Shown here in pieces: positions 36,915 through 50,447 of a stretch of 64,000 bases of DNA. The translations under genes and the position numbers were made by a program. The stretch is from assembly GCA_030390025.1 (NCBI GenBank), contig CM059431.1, positions 108,192,001 to 108,256,000 of the forward strand, read 5' to 3'. Every line of letters starts with the position of its first letter. Positions within the stretch are counted from its first letter, which is position 1. The notes beneath the pieces are model-generated. The model had not been told where the DNA came from and did no database searches. It worked only from the letters and a program-made list of their open reading frames with translations. The DNA is from Squalus acanthias. Lineage: Eukaryota.

Positions 36915-38610
36915 CAGCTCCCTCAAAAAAAACACACCCTTGACCCCTCTGTCCTTGCAACCTACTGCCCCATGTCCAACTTCCCCTTTCTCTCCAAAAG
37001 AAAGACTTGCATTTTTATAGCGCCTTTCTTGACCAGCGGATGTCCTAAAGCGCTTTACAGCCAATTTTAGAAGTGTAGTCACTGTTGTAATGTAGGAAAG
37101 GTGGCAGCCAATTAGCGCACAGCAAGCTCCCACAAACAGCAATGTGATAATGACCAGCTAATGACCAGATAATCTGCTTTTTTTTTAAAAAAAAAGAGTG
37201 TTGTTGGTCGAGGGATAAATATTGGCCAGGACACCAGGGATAACTCCCCTGCTCTTCTCAGAAATACTGCCGCGGGATCTTTTACGTCCATCTGAGAGAG
37301 CAGACGGGGCCTCGGTTTAACATCTCATCCGAAAGACGGCACCTCCAAAAGTGCTGCACTCCCTCAGTGCTGCACTCCTTCAGTACTGCACTGGAGTGTC
37401 AGCCTAGCTTTATGTGCTCAAGTCTCTGGAGTGGGACTTGAACCCACAACCTTCTGATTCAGAGGTGAGAGTGCTACCCACTGAGCCACAGCTGACACTT
37501 TGAACGTGTTGTTGCCTCAATAATCTATGTCCATCTTTCCCACAATTCCATGTTTGAACCTCTCCAATCCGGCTTCTGCCTCAAGAATCTAACCTTACCC
37601 TCTTACTATTTCTCATCTAAGTCCCGCACCTTAGCGACTTCATCCAAAGAGATGACTTCAGTTTCCACATGTATGCTGAAGATACCCAGCTCTAACTCGC
37701 CGCCACCTCCCATGACCTCTCCACTGCCTCTGTGTTGTCAGCCTACTTGTCCAATATTTAGCCCTGGATGAGCCGCAATTTCCTCCAATTAAACATTGGG
37801 AAGACAGAAGCCATTGTCTTCGGTCTCTGCGTCTTCGGTCTCTGCCACAAACTCCATTCCCTCGCAATTGATTCTATCCCCCTCTCTAGCCACTGTCTCA
37901 GGTTGAACCAGTCTATTTCCAAACTTGGTGTGCAATTTGAGCCTGATCTAAACTTCCGACTTCATTTCCTCTCCATCACAAAGACCGTTTACTTCCAGCT
38001 CCGCAGCATCGGCCATCTCCACCCCTGCCTCAAACCCCCGTCCATGCCTTCGTTACCCCTGAACTCGACTATTTCAAAGCTTAACTGACCGGCCGAGCCT
38101 CTTCCATCCTCCATAAACTTGAGCGCATCTAAAACTCTGCTTCCCATATTCTAAATCAGCAGCAAGTCCCACTCAACCATCAGCTCTGTACTCACTGACC
38201 CACATTGGTTTCCAGTCCACCAATGCCTCAATATTAAAATGTTCATTCTTGTGTTCAAATCCCTCCATCACCTCGCCCCTTACTCTTTCTGTAATTCCTT
38301 CAGTCCTGCAACCCCCAAGAACTCGGTGTTCCTCCAACTATGGACTGATGCATCCCCTATTCCCTTCACCCCACCAGTGGTGGCCTTACTTTGAGCCACC
38401 TAGAACCCTATGCTCTGGAATTTCCTCCCTAACCCTCTCCGTCTCTTCTTCAAGACCCTCCTTAAAACTTGATTCTTTTACCAAGCTTTTAGTCACCTGT
38501 CCCAATATCTCCATCTTTGGTTTGGTGTCAATCTTTGCCTTATTGCGGTCCTGTGATATGCCTTGTGATGTTTTCCTACATTAAAGGCATTATATAAAAA
38601 TGCAAGTTGC
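36915..38610 (+). mobile_element. L2 LINE RT/3' fragment split by a Deu-SINE
   Basis: TYCPMSNFPFLSK before the SINE and LERVVASI after it; FEPLQSGF, FHMYAEDTQL, NFLQLNIGKTEAIVFG. Confidence 0.85.
36997..37498 (-). mobile_element. full-length tRNA-derived Deu-domain SINE (SacSINE1-like)
   Basis: Minus strand has box A TGGCTCAGTGG, box B GGTTCAAGTCC, and the Deu core GCCGTCTTTCGGATGAGATGTTAAACCGAGGCCCCGTC. Confidence 0.9.
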
Positions 38611-39193
38611 TCTTTGTTCCTAACTAGAATGATGCAGAGCCAGTAATAGTGCAAGCTTTTACCTGTCTAGGCAGCTACTGGTCCCAAACCAGTCCCTCCA
38701 CTATAAATGTGTCATTAAAAAGCTTGTGAAACATCTGTTAAAGCCACTAAGCTCATTGCCAACAGCAATATATTGAAACATAAAAATTCATGTAAATAGG
38801 ACAAAGATTTTGTCTTGGCTTTAGAATTATTCTCCATTGCAGCAACATCACTGCAACAACCCTTTAATGAGTTCCCTAAACGAGGTGAAATTATGTGACA
38901 CATATGTATTCTTGATTGTTATAGCTTCTAAAAATACCTTTATAACAATCCTCAGCTCCAATTTGATACAATAAACTCATGGTTCTAATCCTCACACTGG
39001 AATTGCGAGGCATAAACTAGCAGCTAATGTGCAGGAGGAATAAAGAATGATTTGTCAGTCCATACCTTTTCTAACACCCTGGTGAGGTTTATTTTACATC
39101 TTTGTGGCGATATTACATATTTAAAGTTCCAAAGGTTGTTTAATGGTTAGAAAAAGATTTATTCCGGCTGCAATGAAAATAAACAAACACACA

Positions 39194-39745
39194 GGGGGGC
39201 AATTTTAACCGAAGCTGTTTGTCACCCTGCCTAATTTTACTTTCCATTAACTTCAAGAAAGAAACAGCTTGCATTTCTGCAGTGCCTCTCACATCCTCGG
39301 GACATTCTTTTGACATGTAGTCTCAGTTGTAATGTAGGAAACGCGGCTGCCAATTTGCGCACAGCAAGGTCCCACGAGCAGCAATGAGATAATGACCAGA
39401 TAATCTGTTTTTTGTGATGTTGGTTGAGGATAGATATTGGCCAGGACACCAGGGAGAACTCCCCTGCTCTACTTCGAAATAGCGCCGTGGGATCTTTTAC
39501 ATTAACGTGGTTTAACGTCTCATCCGAAAGACGGCACCTCCCTCAGTACTGCACTGAAGTGTCAGCCTAGATTTTGTGCTCAGGTCTTTGGAGTGGGGAT
39601 TGAACCTGACTCAGAACAGAGAGATTACTACCACTGAGCCATGCAGAGACCTTTCAATAGAAACTAAATCGGGCGGAGTGTAAAACGGGTGCCCGATCCG
39701 ATCCTGTCAGTTTCTCGCCGAGCAAGTTATGTCAAAACTATCCCC
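39194..39745. mobile_element. short palindromic MITE split by a Deu-SINE (39257-39645, minus strand)
   Basis: Ends GGGGGCAATTTTAAC / GTCAAAACTATCCCC; the central CATT.ACTTCAAT palindrome is interrupted by the SINE. Confidence 0.7.
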
Positions 39746-40104
39746 ACAGTAATTAATAATCCCTGAATGATGCTCACTCTCCTATAAAAAGGGAAGGTGT
39801 CATGCCACTGAGCTATTAGCTTGGACTTCACTCACTTTGGCAGGTTAGCAGCAGAGCAGGAATACAAACTGCCAATGCGAATCCACTGCTAACACATGGC
39901 AGGTTTCCCCCCCACCCCGGTGCCCTCATTCGCTACGCAGGATAGGTTTGTAGAGATAACACCAATCCGGATAGATTTACTGCTACAACAATCCATTACT
40001 GCATCACTTTTCTCCAGAAAATGGCCTCAGGAGGAGTCAGGAGTCAATGGATGGGAGCAGAGTTTAACTTTGATTGACGCGCGGGCAACTGGCAGTAGTG
40101 TATC

Positions 40105-40505
40105 ATTCTCATCTTGGTTTTCAAATCCCTCCATGGCCTCACCCCCTCCCTATCTGTAATCTCCTCCAGCCCGACAACCCTCCAAGAGATCTCTGCGCTC
40201 CTCCAATTCTGGCCTCTTGAGCATCCCCGATTTTCATCGTTCTACCATTGCCAGCCGTGTCTTCAGCTGCCTGGGCCCTAAGCTCTGGAATTCCCTCCTT
40301 AAACCTCTCCGCCTCGCTACCTCTCTCTCCTCCTTTAAGACGCTCCTTAAAACCTACCTCTTTGACCAAGCTTTCGGTCATCTGCCCTAATATCTTTTTA
40401 TGTGGCTCGGTGTCAAATTTTGTTTGATAACGCTCCTGTGAAGTGTCTTGGGACAATTTTACTACATTAAAAGTGCTATATAAATACAAGTTGTTGTTGT
40501 TGTTG
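40105..40505 (+). mobile_element. L2 LINE 3' end with (TTG)n tail
   Basis: LWNSLLKPL..SFKTLLKTYLF; ends TATATAAATACAAGTTGTTGTTGTTGTTGT. Confidence 0.9.
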
Positions 40506-41059
40506 TACAGCCTGCTGGATTTTCCTTTCCATTGAGTTCAGTGCAAAGTGAAATCGAGCAAGGTGTATAACGGGCGGCTGATTCACTATTGCCAGTTTTA
40601 CACCGGTGCTCAAAATTAGAATCTACTGCGTGTAGCAGAGCCAGGGGATGGCAGCACTGAGGGAGGCCGTACGGGAATTGTATCCGTGTTGGTTCTTTGC
40701 CAGAACAATCCAAAGTTAATCCGACTGTCCCATTCGATCCCCATAGCTCTGTATCTTCCTCTGCTTCAAAGTTTTAATAATACAGCTGAATTGAAGTCAT
40801 TGGAAAGGGAAATCGGGCCGGGTGTATAACGGGCCCCCGATTCACAACCGCCACATTTCCACCCACACCCGTAGTGAAAATTACCCGCACTTAAAGGAAA
40901 GGACTTGCATTGATGCAGTGTCTTTTACCACCTCAGGGTATCCCAAAGTGCTTTACAGCCAATTAAGTACTTTTTGAAGTGTAGTCACTGTTGTAATGTA
41001 GGGAAACACTGTCACTAATTATTAAAATTGCAAAAAAGGGGGCTACAACTTTCAAAGAA

Positions 41060-42197
41060 AAGAAAGAATTTGCATTTCTATAGCACCTTTCATGAACTCA
41101 GGACATCCCAAAGTGCTTTACAGCTAATGAAGTTTTTTTTTTGAAGTGTAGGAAACAAGACAGCCAATTTACACAGCAAGATCCCACAAACAGCAATGTG
41201 ATAATGTCAAGATAATCTGGGTTTGTTTTTTTAAGGTGTTGGTTGAGGGATAAATATTTCCCAGGACACCGGGGATACCTCCCCTGCTCTTCTTCGAAAT
41301 AGTGCTGTGGGATCTTATATGTCCAGCTGGGAGGGCCGATGGGAAAGACAGCGGCTCTGACAGTGCAGCGCTCCTCAGTATTGCACTGGAGTGTCAGCCT
41401 AGATTTTTGTGCTCCCCTTGACATTCAATGGCATTACCATCGCCAAATCCTCCAGCATCAACATCCTGGGGGGTCACCATTAACCAGAAACTTAACTGGA
41501 CCGGCAACAAGAGCAGGTCAGAGGCTAGGTATTCTGTGGCGAGTGTCTCACCTCCTGACTCCCTAAAGACTTTCCACCATCTACATGGCACAAGTAAGGA
41601 GTGTGATGGAATACTCTCCACTTGCCTGGATGAGTGCAGCTCCAACAACACGCAAGAAGCTCGACACCATCCAGGACAAAGCAGCCCGCTTGATTGGCAC
41701 CCCATCCACCTCCTTAAACATTCACTCCGTCCATCACCGGTATACCGTGGTTGCAGTGTGTACCATCTACAAGATGCACTGCAGCAACTCGCCAAGGCTT
41801 CTTCGGCAACACCTCCCAAACCCGCGACCTCTACCACCTAGAAGGACAAGGGCAGCAGGCACATGGGAACACCACCACCTCCAAGATCCCCTCCAAGTCA
41901 CACACCATCCTGACTTAGAAATATATCGCCGTTCCTTCATCGTCACTGGGTCAAAATCCTGGAACTCCCTCCCTAACAGCACTGTGGGAGTACCTTCACC
42001 ACACAGACTGCAGCGGTTCAAGAAGGCGGCTCACCACCACCTTCTCAAGTGCAACTAGGGATGGGCAATAAATGCTGGCCTTGAAGCGACGCCCAGATCC
42101 CATAAGTGAATAAAAAAGAAGTCTCTGGAGTGGGACTTGAACTCACAAACCTTCTGACTCCGAGGAGAGAGTGCTCCCAACTGAGCTATGGCTGACA
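41060..42197 (-). mobile_element. Deu-SINE split by a LINE insertion (SINE parts 41060-41414 and 42119-42197)
   Basis: The consensus TGTGCTC|AAGTCTCTGGAGTGGGAC seen at 37413-37437 is split at exactly that point. Confidence 0.85.
41415..42118 (+). mobile_element. 5'-truncated copy of the tRNA-headed LINE family
   Basis: AQVRSVMEYSPLAW..LDTIQDKAARLI..SWNSLP; tail and A-run. Confidence 0.93.
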
Positions 42198-44479
42198 GTA
42201 TGCAGATGTCATGATTAACTGAATATAAATTACATTAAACAATGAATAAAATACTAACAAAACTATCAGTATAATACCACTGTACCTGCCATATGGTACT
42301 TTTATCCTTTAGGTCGAAAGTAATAATAAACATGGCTCTGGGTCATGTCACCACAATCTCAACTTACAAAGAGCCTGCCTTAAAATAACAATCAATAATG
42401 TTTGATCGATATTCTGTAGCATTGCTCACCTTCAGAAATAAAAATAAAAAGTTGTCTCAGTCTTGTTGTAATTTTCTCTTTGTGGGTATCATACTCTCCA
42501 AATCTTTCTGCTCATATTTATCACTTTCATTCTTTCTCTCTATTGCTCTGACACACTTCTCTGTATCTATTCAGTTCTTTCTATCTCGATTTCACACTGT
42601 TCCTCTTTTTTCTTTCCTTTTCCGTATTCTGGGAATTGTACTCTCTATGTCCTCTTTACTCGATATCACTTTCTCTCTCTTGCAGTATGTATAATTGTCG
42701 CTCTACTTAATTTTCTTGTTTCTCACATGACCAGATAATATCAGGTCACATGGACCAATGAGTAACTTTTTTTTTAAACCAAATATTCATATATCCCCAC
42801 CATCTTAGACACAAAACTTTTAATAGTATATGTAGTCCAGAATTGATTCTTCCATGTCCGAGTTTTGTTCAGAATAGTAGATATTTCATATTCCACTTCT
42901 GAGCATTGCAAGTTATATATATTTTTTTAGATATTCTAAATTTCCTTAATTTTTTGGAAAGGAATTGCTTTTAGTCCATTTACAATTCATGTTCGATTCT
43001 ATGTAAGAAATTACTTGACTTAGTCGATACTGGTCTTAGACTAGGTCTAATCTGATGATTCTATAAAAACAGGGGCGAGAGACTAAATTGGACAGCTCTT
43101 TCAAAGAGCCGGCACAAGCACGACAGGCTGAATGGCCTCCTGCTGTGCTGTAAGATTCTATGATTCTAAGAGAACCTCGAGCAAGCTTGGAAGAATTAAA
43201 GTGGGTTTGGGAGTACTCGGAGTGGCCTTGCATGGATTCGGAATAAGTGAACATTGGGGTTGGTGGTGGTGTTGGGCAGAGTAGCCTGGGACTAGGCTTG
43301 TAGAGTGATGTGGGCAGGTCGTTTGTACATGTATGTTGTTCGCTCATGTTGGGCCTCAGTTGGGATGAGCCATGAAGTACAGAAGTGTGGACATTTCACT
43401 GCTCACCGCAAATAATGGCTGTTATACACAGGGCTGAAACCGCTGATAAGGTCAAGCACAGTTGAAGCAATTGGAAGGTGGCATGAAGAAGCATTGGGCA
43501 AATGTCTGATTTTAGTTTGTAACTTGTTAATATTTTGTACATTGATTTTGTGATAAATATTATTTTGGGGATATATAGTGGGAACTGTCATTTTGCTGAA
43601 ATGTGATTACATAGATATTTTCTCAATAATCTATTGCTTTTGTTGTATCGAATAAATAAATTCTAATTTAATGGATTTTAGAATATCAAAAGTTGTTTAC
43701 TTGAAATCTTAGTATGCTTAAGTGGTTTTTGAGGGGTATGTGTGATTGGTTAGTAGGTATATGAAAAGCAAGCAAATTCAAACACTATATTCACTCCATC
43801 AGAATGCACAGAAGTGTTGCTCCAGATACCTAAACTTTGTGCATCCCACATAAATATTACTAGATTGACAGACAGACATAAAATAGCTAATATCTACAAG
43901 TAGGCTAAAACAGCAACTCATGCAGTTCAGCTGAAGTTCACACATTTTTTTGTTGCCTTAATGACTTTTGAAATACAGTCCGGAATGCTAGTCCTACAGC
44001 TCACTGTTACTTAAGATATCGCAACTCAATAAAGTGACATGGTAACGTTGCTCTGCAGAATGACCTATTTCTGTGATCTACTTCAGGAGTTAGAAAAGCA
44101 GCTCTTAATAATTTGTCTTTTTCTATCCAGTCAATGGCCTAATGTTTAGACACTGGTTATTGAATCTTAAAAATAAGGATAGATTTCTCAGTTTCAAGGA
44201 TTTTAGAGCAAAGAGGTACATGTATAATACACAATTGACGTTAATTGACTGTTTATATCTCCTTACAAGTATATGTGGTTAACTCTTCCTAAGATTTGCA
44301 TGAATATTACTATGTCCCTCAAAATGTCTCAAAGCATTTCACATACAATGAATTAACATAGAAATCACATTAGAGGAGGGCATTCAGCCCATCATGATCA
44401 TGATATTTACTGGTCAGAAAAACCCAACTGGTATACAAATGCCCTTCAAGGACAGGAACCGGACACTCCTCGGGGCCGA

Positions 44480-45335
44480 TCTGGCCAACCTGCAGGATAG
44501 GCATGTAAATTACAAATAAATTTCAATTTCGGTAAGTGTGTGGTGTTGCATTTTGGTAGGAGGAAAAAAAAAGAGGCCACCTACTCCTTGGAAAATAAAA
44601 GTCTAAATGGCGTAGAGGCACAAAAGGGTACAGATTCATAAATCATTAAATGTAGCAACGCTGGTTAACAAAACCATAAACAGTGCAAATGAGGCACTGG
44701 GTTTGCTGCTAGAGGAATAGAATTCAGAAGTAGAGAAGTTATCATAAACTTATATAGAACCTCAGTTAGACCACACTTAAGCGTACTGTGCTCAGTTCTG
44801 GTCTCCATATTACAAAAAAGGTAATATATATAGAAGCACTGGAGAAAGTGCAAACAAGATTTACAAGGATGATACCAGAACTGAGAGGGTACAAATATCA
44901 GGAAAGACTGAACAGCCTGGGGCTCTTTTCTCTGGAAAAGACAAGGCTGAAGAGTGGCCTAATAGAAGTATTTAAAATGATGAATGAGTTTGATAGGGTA
45001 GGCATAGAGAAGATGTTTCCACTTGTTGGGGAGTCCAAAACTAGGGGCCATAAATATGAGATAGCCACTAATAAATCCAATAAGGAATTCAGGAGAAACC
45101 TCTTTACTCAGAGGGTGGTGAGAATGTGGAACTCACTATCACATGGGGTGGTTGAGGCAATTAGCACAGAAGCATCTAAGGGGAAGCTAGATAAGTACAT
45201 GATGGAGAAAGGAATAGAAGGATATGCTGATAGGGTGAGATGACTACAAGGTGGGAAGAGGATCGTCTGGAACATAACCACTGGCATAGACCTATTGGGC
45301 TGGATCTGTGTTGTAAAATGCTATGTAATTCTATG
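44480..45335 (+). mobile_element. CR1 3' fragment
   Basis: ALEKVQTRFTRMIPEL..KTRGHKY..FTQRVVRMWNSL. Confidence 0.9.
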
Positions 45336-45546
45336 TAGATTATGTGCTCAAGTCTCTGGAGTCGAGCTTGAACTCACAACCGTCTGACTCAGAGATGAAA
45401 ATGCTATTATTGAGCCAGACGAGTTGACCTTATTCTGTGGCATTTCTCTAACAGCACCTGGATTTTAAAAGCATAAAGGTTTCCCTGGAATTATTATGAT
45501 CCCAGAGATTAGTTTTAGATTTTATATGAGGAATATGGCAAAAGTT

Positions 45547-45987
45547 CATAGAATCATAGAATGGTTACAGCACAGAAGGAGGCCATTCGGCCAGTCAAGC
45601 CCGCGCCGGATCTCTGCAAGAGCACTTTAGCTAGTCCCACACCCCGCCCTTTCCCCGTAAGCCCTGCAATTTTTTTTCCTTCAGGTACTTATCTAACTCC
45701 CTTTTGAAAGCAGTGATGGAATCTGCCTCCACCACCCTTTCAGGCAGTGCATTCCAGATCCTAATCACGAGGAAGAAAACCAGTGTTTTATAAAGGTTCA
45801 TAATTTCCATGCTTTTGTACTCTATACCTCTATTCATGAAGCTCAGGATCCCGTATGCTTTTTTAACTGCTTTCTCAACCTGCCCTGCCACCTTCAACGA
45901 TTTGTGCACATATACCCCTAGGTCTCTCTATTCATGCACCCCCTTTAGGATTGTACCCTTTAGTTTATAATTCCTCTCCTTATTCTT
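45547..45987 (-). mobile_element. CR1 3' fragment with internal deletion
   Basis: HKSLKVAGQVEKAVKKAYG joined directly to IWNALPERVVEA; (TTCTATGA)n tail. Confidence 0.88.
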
Positions 45988-46199
45988 AAGGAATGACCTC
46001 TGAGACATGGAAAAGGCAGGAAGAGGGATTCTATCCTCTCCCATCAAACCCAGATGCTTTACAGAATTGTAAAGTTGTCAACAATCAGTAAGAAATAGTT
46101 ATTGACCTTTCACACATCTGGTAAGTAAATCTCTTCTGACAAAAATTGTTTAGTATCTATAATGTTATGCTAGTCCTATCCAATCCCGTACTATGAGCC

Positions 46200-46207
46200 A
46201 GAGCGAG

Positions 46208-46251
<44 letters not shown>
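46200..46251. repeat. (GA)n microsatellite
   Basis: GAGCGAGAGC followed by about 20 GA units. Confidence 0.97.
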
Positions 46252-46254
<3 letters not shown>

Positions 46255-46839
46255 TTGTGGGTACATGGCAGAGAGCCTGGGGAAGAGAAAACACATTTTA
46301 GGAGATGCAATGAAGAGAAATATGCTGTAGTCTGGTCTGATTAGAGTTGGCTACTTTGTAATTTCTGCAAATTTTTCCAATACCAACTAACTTAATTCTG
46401 TTTTTTATTGATCATTAAAATAATTAAGATCGTCTTAGCAAAAATGATTCCGATGTCAGCAAGACAGTAAGAGCTTGGATTTTATATTTCTCTATTTAAA
46501 AAAAGCGATCTTGAGAAAAATAGACCCTTTAAGTCCCATTTACTGACTTGACCATTTCTGCTCTCATTTGTGCAAGAAGTTGCAGTTACAGTCCAGGCAA
46601 AAAAATAAAGGTCACCTTTGCCACAATGACCGACGTCACAATGGCATCATCATGAACTGGGTCATGATCTGTCCTTCTCATCTCAATGTGTTTTCATTGC
46701 ATGCTGAGGAATTTGCTTTGGAAGTCACCCACTACAAGCTTCAGTACAGGGGGAGCTGTGCTGTATTTATTATCTAGTATGTGTCGGCTCAGAGGTCAGA
46801 ATCCCCAGTAGATCCAGTTTAAACAAGATATTTATATCG

Positions 46840-47025
46840 CCATAGAATTACATCGGATTTACAGCACAAAAGCAGGCCATTTCGGCCCAACAGGTCCATC
46901 TTGGTGTTTATGCTCCACACGAGCCTCCTCCCACTCTACTTTAGCTAAACCTACCAACATATCCTTCTATTCCTTTCTCCCTCATGTGTTTATCTAGCTT
47001 CCCCTTAAATGCATCTATGCTATTG
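46840..47025 (-). mobile_element. CR1 3' tail
   Basis: Reverse-complement homology to 45160-45335. Confidence 0.75.
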
Positions 47026-47514
47026 CACCACTTAAAATATATCATGCTCAAAATTAAAGCTCAATGGCAAAAAGTGACTTCAAATAAACGTAAGCATGAA
47101 TGTACTTTAAAAAAATTATAGTTATAAATAGAAATATATTTGATGGGTATATTTTAAACAAATTTGTTACAAGAATGATTACTCAATTCTGAGAATTTTG
47201 TAATTTAAATTGAGGAGCATTCATTCTAATTGAATCTTTTCAATTATTTTTTTTTAAACTCGAGATATTATACAAAACGCTACAAAATTGTTGTAGATTT
47301 TATAATTAACTTGCACTGATTACATTTCAATACAAATGTCGCACATACCAAAGTAACTATGAGTAGAGGGTGAAATTTTTTCTGTCGAAAAATTTACTGG
47401 GCAAGTCAGAGTATGAAAAAGAAAATCTAGTTGTGTGTTCACGGCAGCGTTTTTTGTTGTTATCATCGATCAATACATTTCAACCCCTTAGGCCCTATAG
47501 GTTAATCCTTTATA

Positions 47515-48152
47515 CACAGAATCATAGAGCACAGAAGGAGGCCATCATGCCTGCGCTGGCTCTTTGAAAGAGCTGTCCAATTAGTCCAACTCCTCTACTC
47601 TTTGCCTACAGCCCAGCAATTCTTTCCCCTTCAGGTATTTATCCAATTCCCTTTTAAAGTTACAACTGAATCTGCTTCTACCGCCCTATCACGTCATGCG
47701 TTCCAGATCTTAACAACTCGCTATGTAAAATTAAATTCTCCTCAACTCCCAGCTGGTTCTTTTGACAATTACATCCCTCCTGCCAGTTTCTCCTCATCTA
47801 CTCTATCAAAATCCCTTATAATTTTGAACACCTCCAAGTTCCCCTCCAGGTCACACACCATCCTGACTTGGAAGTATATCGGCCGTTCCTTCATCGTCAC
47901 TGGGTCAAAATCCTGGAACTCCCTCCCTAACAACACTGTGGGAGCACCTTCACCACACGGACTGCAGCGGTTCAAGAAGGCGGCTCACCACCACCTTCTC
48001 AAGGGCAATTAGGGATGGGCAATAAATGCTGGCCTTGCCAGCGACGCCCAGATCCCACGAACAAATTAAAAACAAACCTCTATTAAATCTCTCAGGAACC
48101 TTCTCTCCTTTAAAATAGAACAATCCCATCTACTCTAATCTCTCCACATAAC
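47515..48152 (-). mobile_element. CR1 3' fragment with a nested plus-strand tail of the tRNA-headed LINE family (47830-48072)
   Basis: CR1 ...TTTTGAACACCTC resumes as ACCTCTATTAAATCTC at ~48076. Confidence 0.85.
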
Positions 48153-48749
48153 TGATGGAAGGATTATTTTTCCAACTAATCAATTCCCACTAATTCAAAT
48201 CACATTCATTAATCAGTAGGATCAATTCTGAGGAATTTTTATTGAAATATATTGGACATAATTTTCTATTTGGTGAACTTAATGTTTATCAAACTGACAG
48301 ATGTCCATGCTGGAGACCAGAAAACTATTAACATGTGCTAAATCATTATCAGCATCACATTACACCATTCTTAAATATTTCCAAGTGCAATGGGAGATTG
48401 CTTTGAAGTGTAAATAGTTTTGTGCTGTTATTACTTATCAGTTGCTGTCATTCAGTGGAAACCATGCAGAGCCTTGTGCAAAAGATCATTTGTATATTTT
48501 AAGCTGTGCAAATAGGAAAAGATGTAATTTGAACAAAAATATCACTGAAATCTGTGGAATGACTTTCAATGTAAAACTTCCCCTCCTCATACAGTTTGTT
48601 TAAAAGTCATTATTACAATCGACCTTTTATGAACAAACACAAAAGAATACAGAAATCAGATGACAGGCTGAGAGAAGTCTGATGGGCCGGAGGAGCCCCC
48701 TTGCTTATCCCCGAGGAGCCAGGTGGCCCAGATCGAAAACCTATGGAGT

Positions 48750-49428
48750 CATAAGAACATAAGAACATTAAGAAATAGGAGCAGGAGTAGGCCAATCAGC
48801 CCTTCGAGCCTGCTCCGCCATTCAATAAGATCATGGCTGATCTGATCCTCACCTCAAATCTAAAGAACACAAGAAGTAGGAGCAGGACCCGGCCACTCAG
48901 TCCCTGGGCCCGCTACGCCACCCACAGGGCCTCGACCGATCCGAACTCAGCCTCATGTCCAATTTCCTGCCCGCTCCCCGTAACCCCTAATTCCCTTTAC
49001 TTCTAGGAAACTGTCTATTTCTGTTTTAAATTTATTTAATGATGCAGCTTCCACAGCTTCCTGGGGCAGCAAATTCCACAGACCTACTACCCTCTGAGTG
49101 AAGAAGTTTCTCCTCATCTCAGTTTTGAAAGAGCAGCCCCTTATTCTAAGATTATGCCCCCTAGTTCTAGTTTCACCCATCCTTGGGAACATCCTTACCG
49201 CATCCACCCGATCAAGCCCCTTCACAATCTTATATGTTTCAATAAGATCGCCTCTCATTCTTCTGAACTCCAATGAGTAGAGTCCCAATCTACTCAACCT
49301 CTCCTCGTATGTCCATCCCCTCATCCCCGGAATTAACCGAGTAAACCTTCTTTGTACTGCCTCGAGAGCAAGTATGTCTTTTCTTAAGTATGGACACCAA
49401 AACTGTATGCAGTATTCCAGATGCGGTC
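48750..49428 (-). mobile_element. young-looking CR1 3' fragment with doubled terminal module
   Basis: ORF 48953..49441 is uninterrupted (RPHLEYCIQFW..GYGERAGNWT). A second degenerate tail unit lies at 48860-48950. Confidence 0.92.
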
Positions 49429-49439
49429 TGGAATATTCC

Positions 49440-50300
49440 AATTAACTCTGCATTTGTGTTGCGCTGGACCTGACCTGTAGTGCACAACTCCAGATAAAGG
49501 TGAGGCAATTTGGCAAGATTACGGAAGAGTCGGAATAGTGACGATGTATAACAATTTGCGTGTGGCCTACACTTTAAATAAAAATGGGAAGTACATTGTC
49601 ATTTTGAGCGACTGGCTGATGTTTCAATATCTGGCACTCCAAAGTATTAGTTCATTTGCCTAATTTACAGGAAGTCAATAATGTTGATTTATTAATTGAA
49701 TCTAGTCTATACAACGCAAGAATTGCTACTCTAGTCCGAGTTCAGGTGGATGACGTCTTGTCACCTAGGTTTCTGCAATTTGTTGAAAAAAATACAGATG
49801 CAATGACTAGTTCTGTATCTGGTCTGCATATGAAGCCAGAAAGCCTGATGCCTAATTTCTGCAGCAATCTGATGATCAGAATAGTGACTTGTTTCCATGA
49901 ACTCTTGTTACTGTGTTAACACATGGCGCTATGTGGCCGAGAACTCTCAATGATTGGTTTACCAAATAGCTTTCAGTATTCATCGGCAAATTCCTTGATC
50001 TACTAATTAAATAAAGGATAAACTAACGTACGTCATTGCATGTCATAATCTATTGAGCGGCATGTGAAAACTAATACTCAACAATCTAACTGACAGGCAA
50101 TTTGGCACAACACTTGCTCTACAGAGAGCTGGCACGGACTCGATGGGCCGAATGGCCTCCTTCTGTGCCGTTATGACCCTATGACACCAAGTAGGATCAG
50201 TGTAACTGGTATCTAACTCTTCCAAGAGACACCCAACGAGGAGTTAAACAAGATACTTAAAAAGGTCACTATCTTCATGGAATATTGGACCGCATTTTTC
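49440..50300 (+). pseudogene. eroded Copia-type LTR retrotransposon RT/RNase H fossil
   Basis: Colinear degenerate motifs: DKGEAIWQD (DIKAAFLQG), KWEVHCHFERLADVS..IWHSKV (WKL.K..YGL.DASR.WY..V), LVRVQVDDVL (HVDDFL), WRYVAENSQ*L (LRSLIGQLNWL), YLTLPRDTQRG (YANLPD.SQGG). CR1 tail inserted at ~50115-50183. Confidence 0.4.
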
Positions 50301-50447
50301 TTTTTTGCCTGAGGAAGGAGAAGAATTTTCTCGAGTCATTATGATGATGCATGATGCATTTTGATTTGTGTGATCACTGCATGAGTTTGACAGCATTTTT
50401 AGGGGGGGGAAAAAAAGCCAGGCTTTTCCTTTTTTTGGGAAGATAAT

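Noticed and set aside
37425..37492. tRNA gene
   Set aside because: tRNA-derived head of a Deu-SINE, followed by the SINE body.
42398..42694. hydrophobic 98 aa ORF as a membrane protein
   Set aside because: Product of CT-rich low-complexity sequence.
46065..46126. exon ending at the strong donor CTG|GTAAGT
   Set aside because: All three frames from the nearest acceptor contain stops; a non-coding exon cannot be supported from sequence alone.
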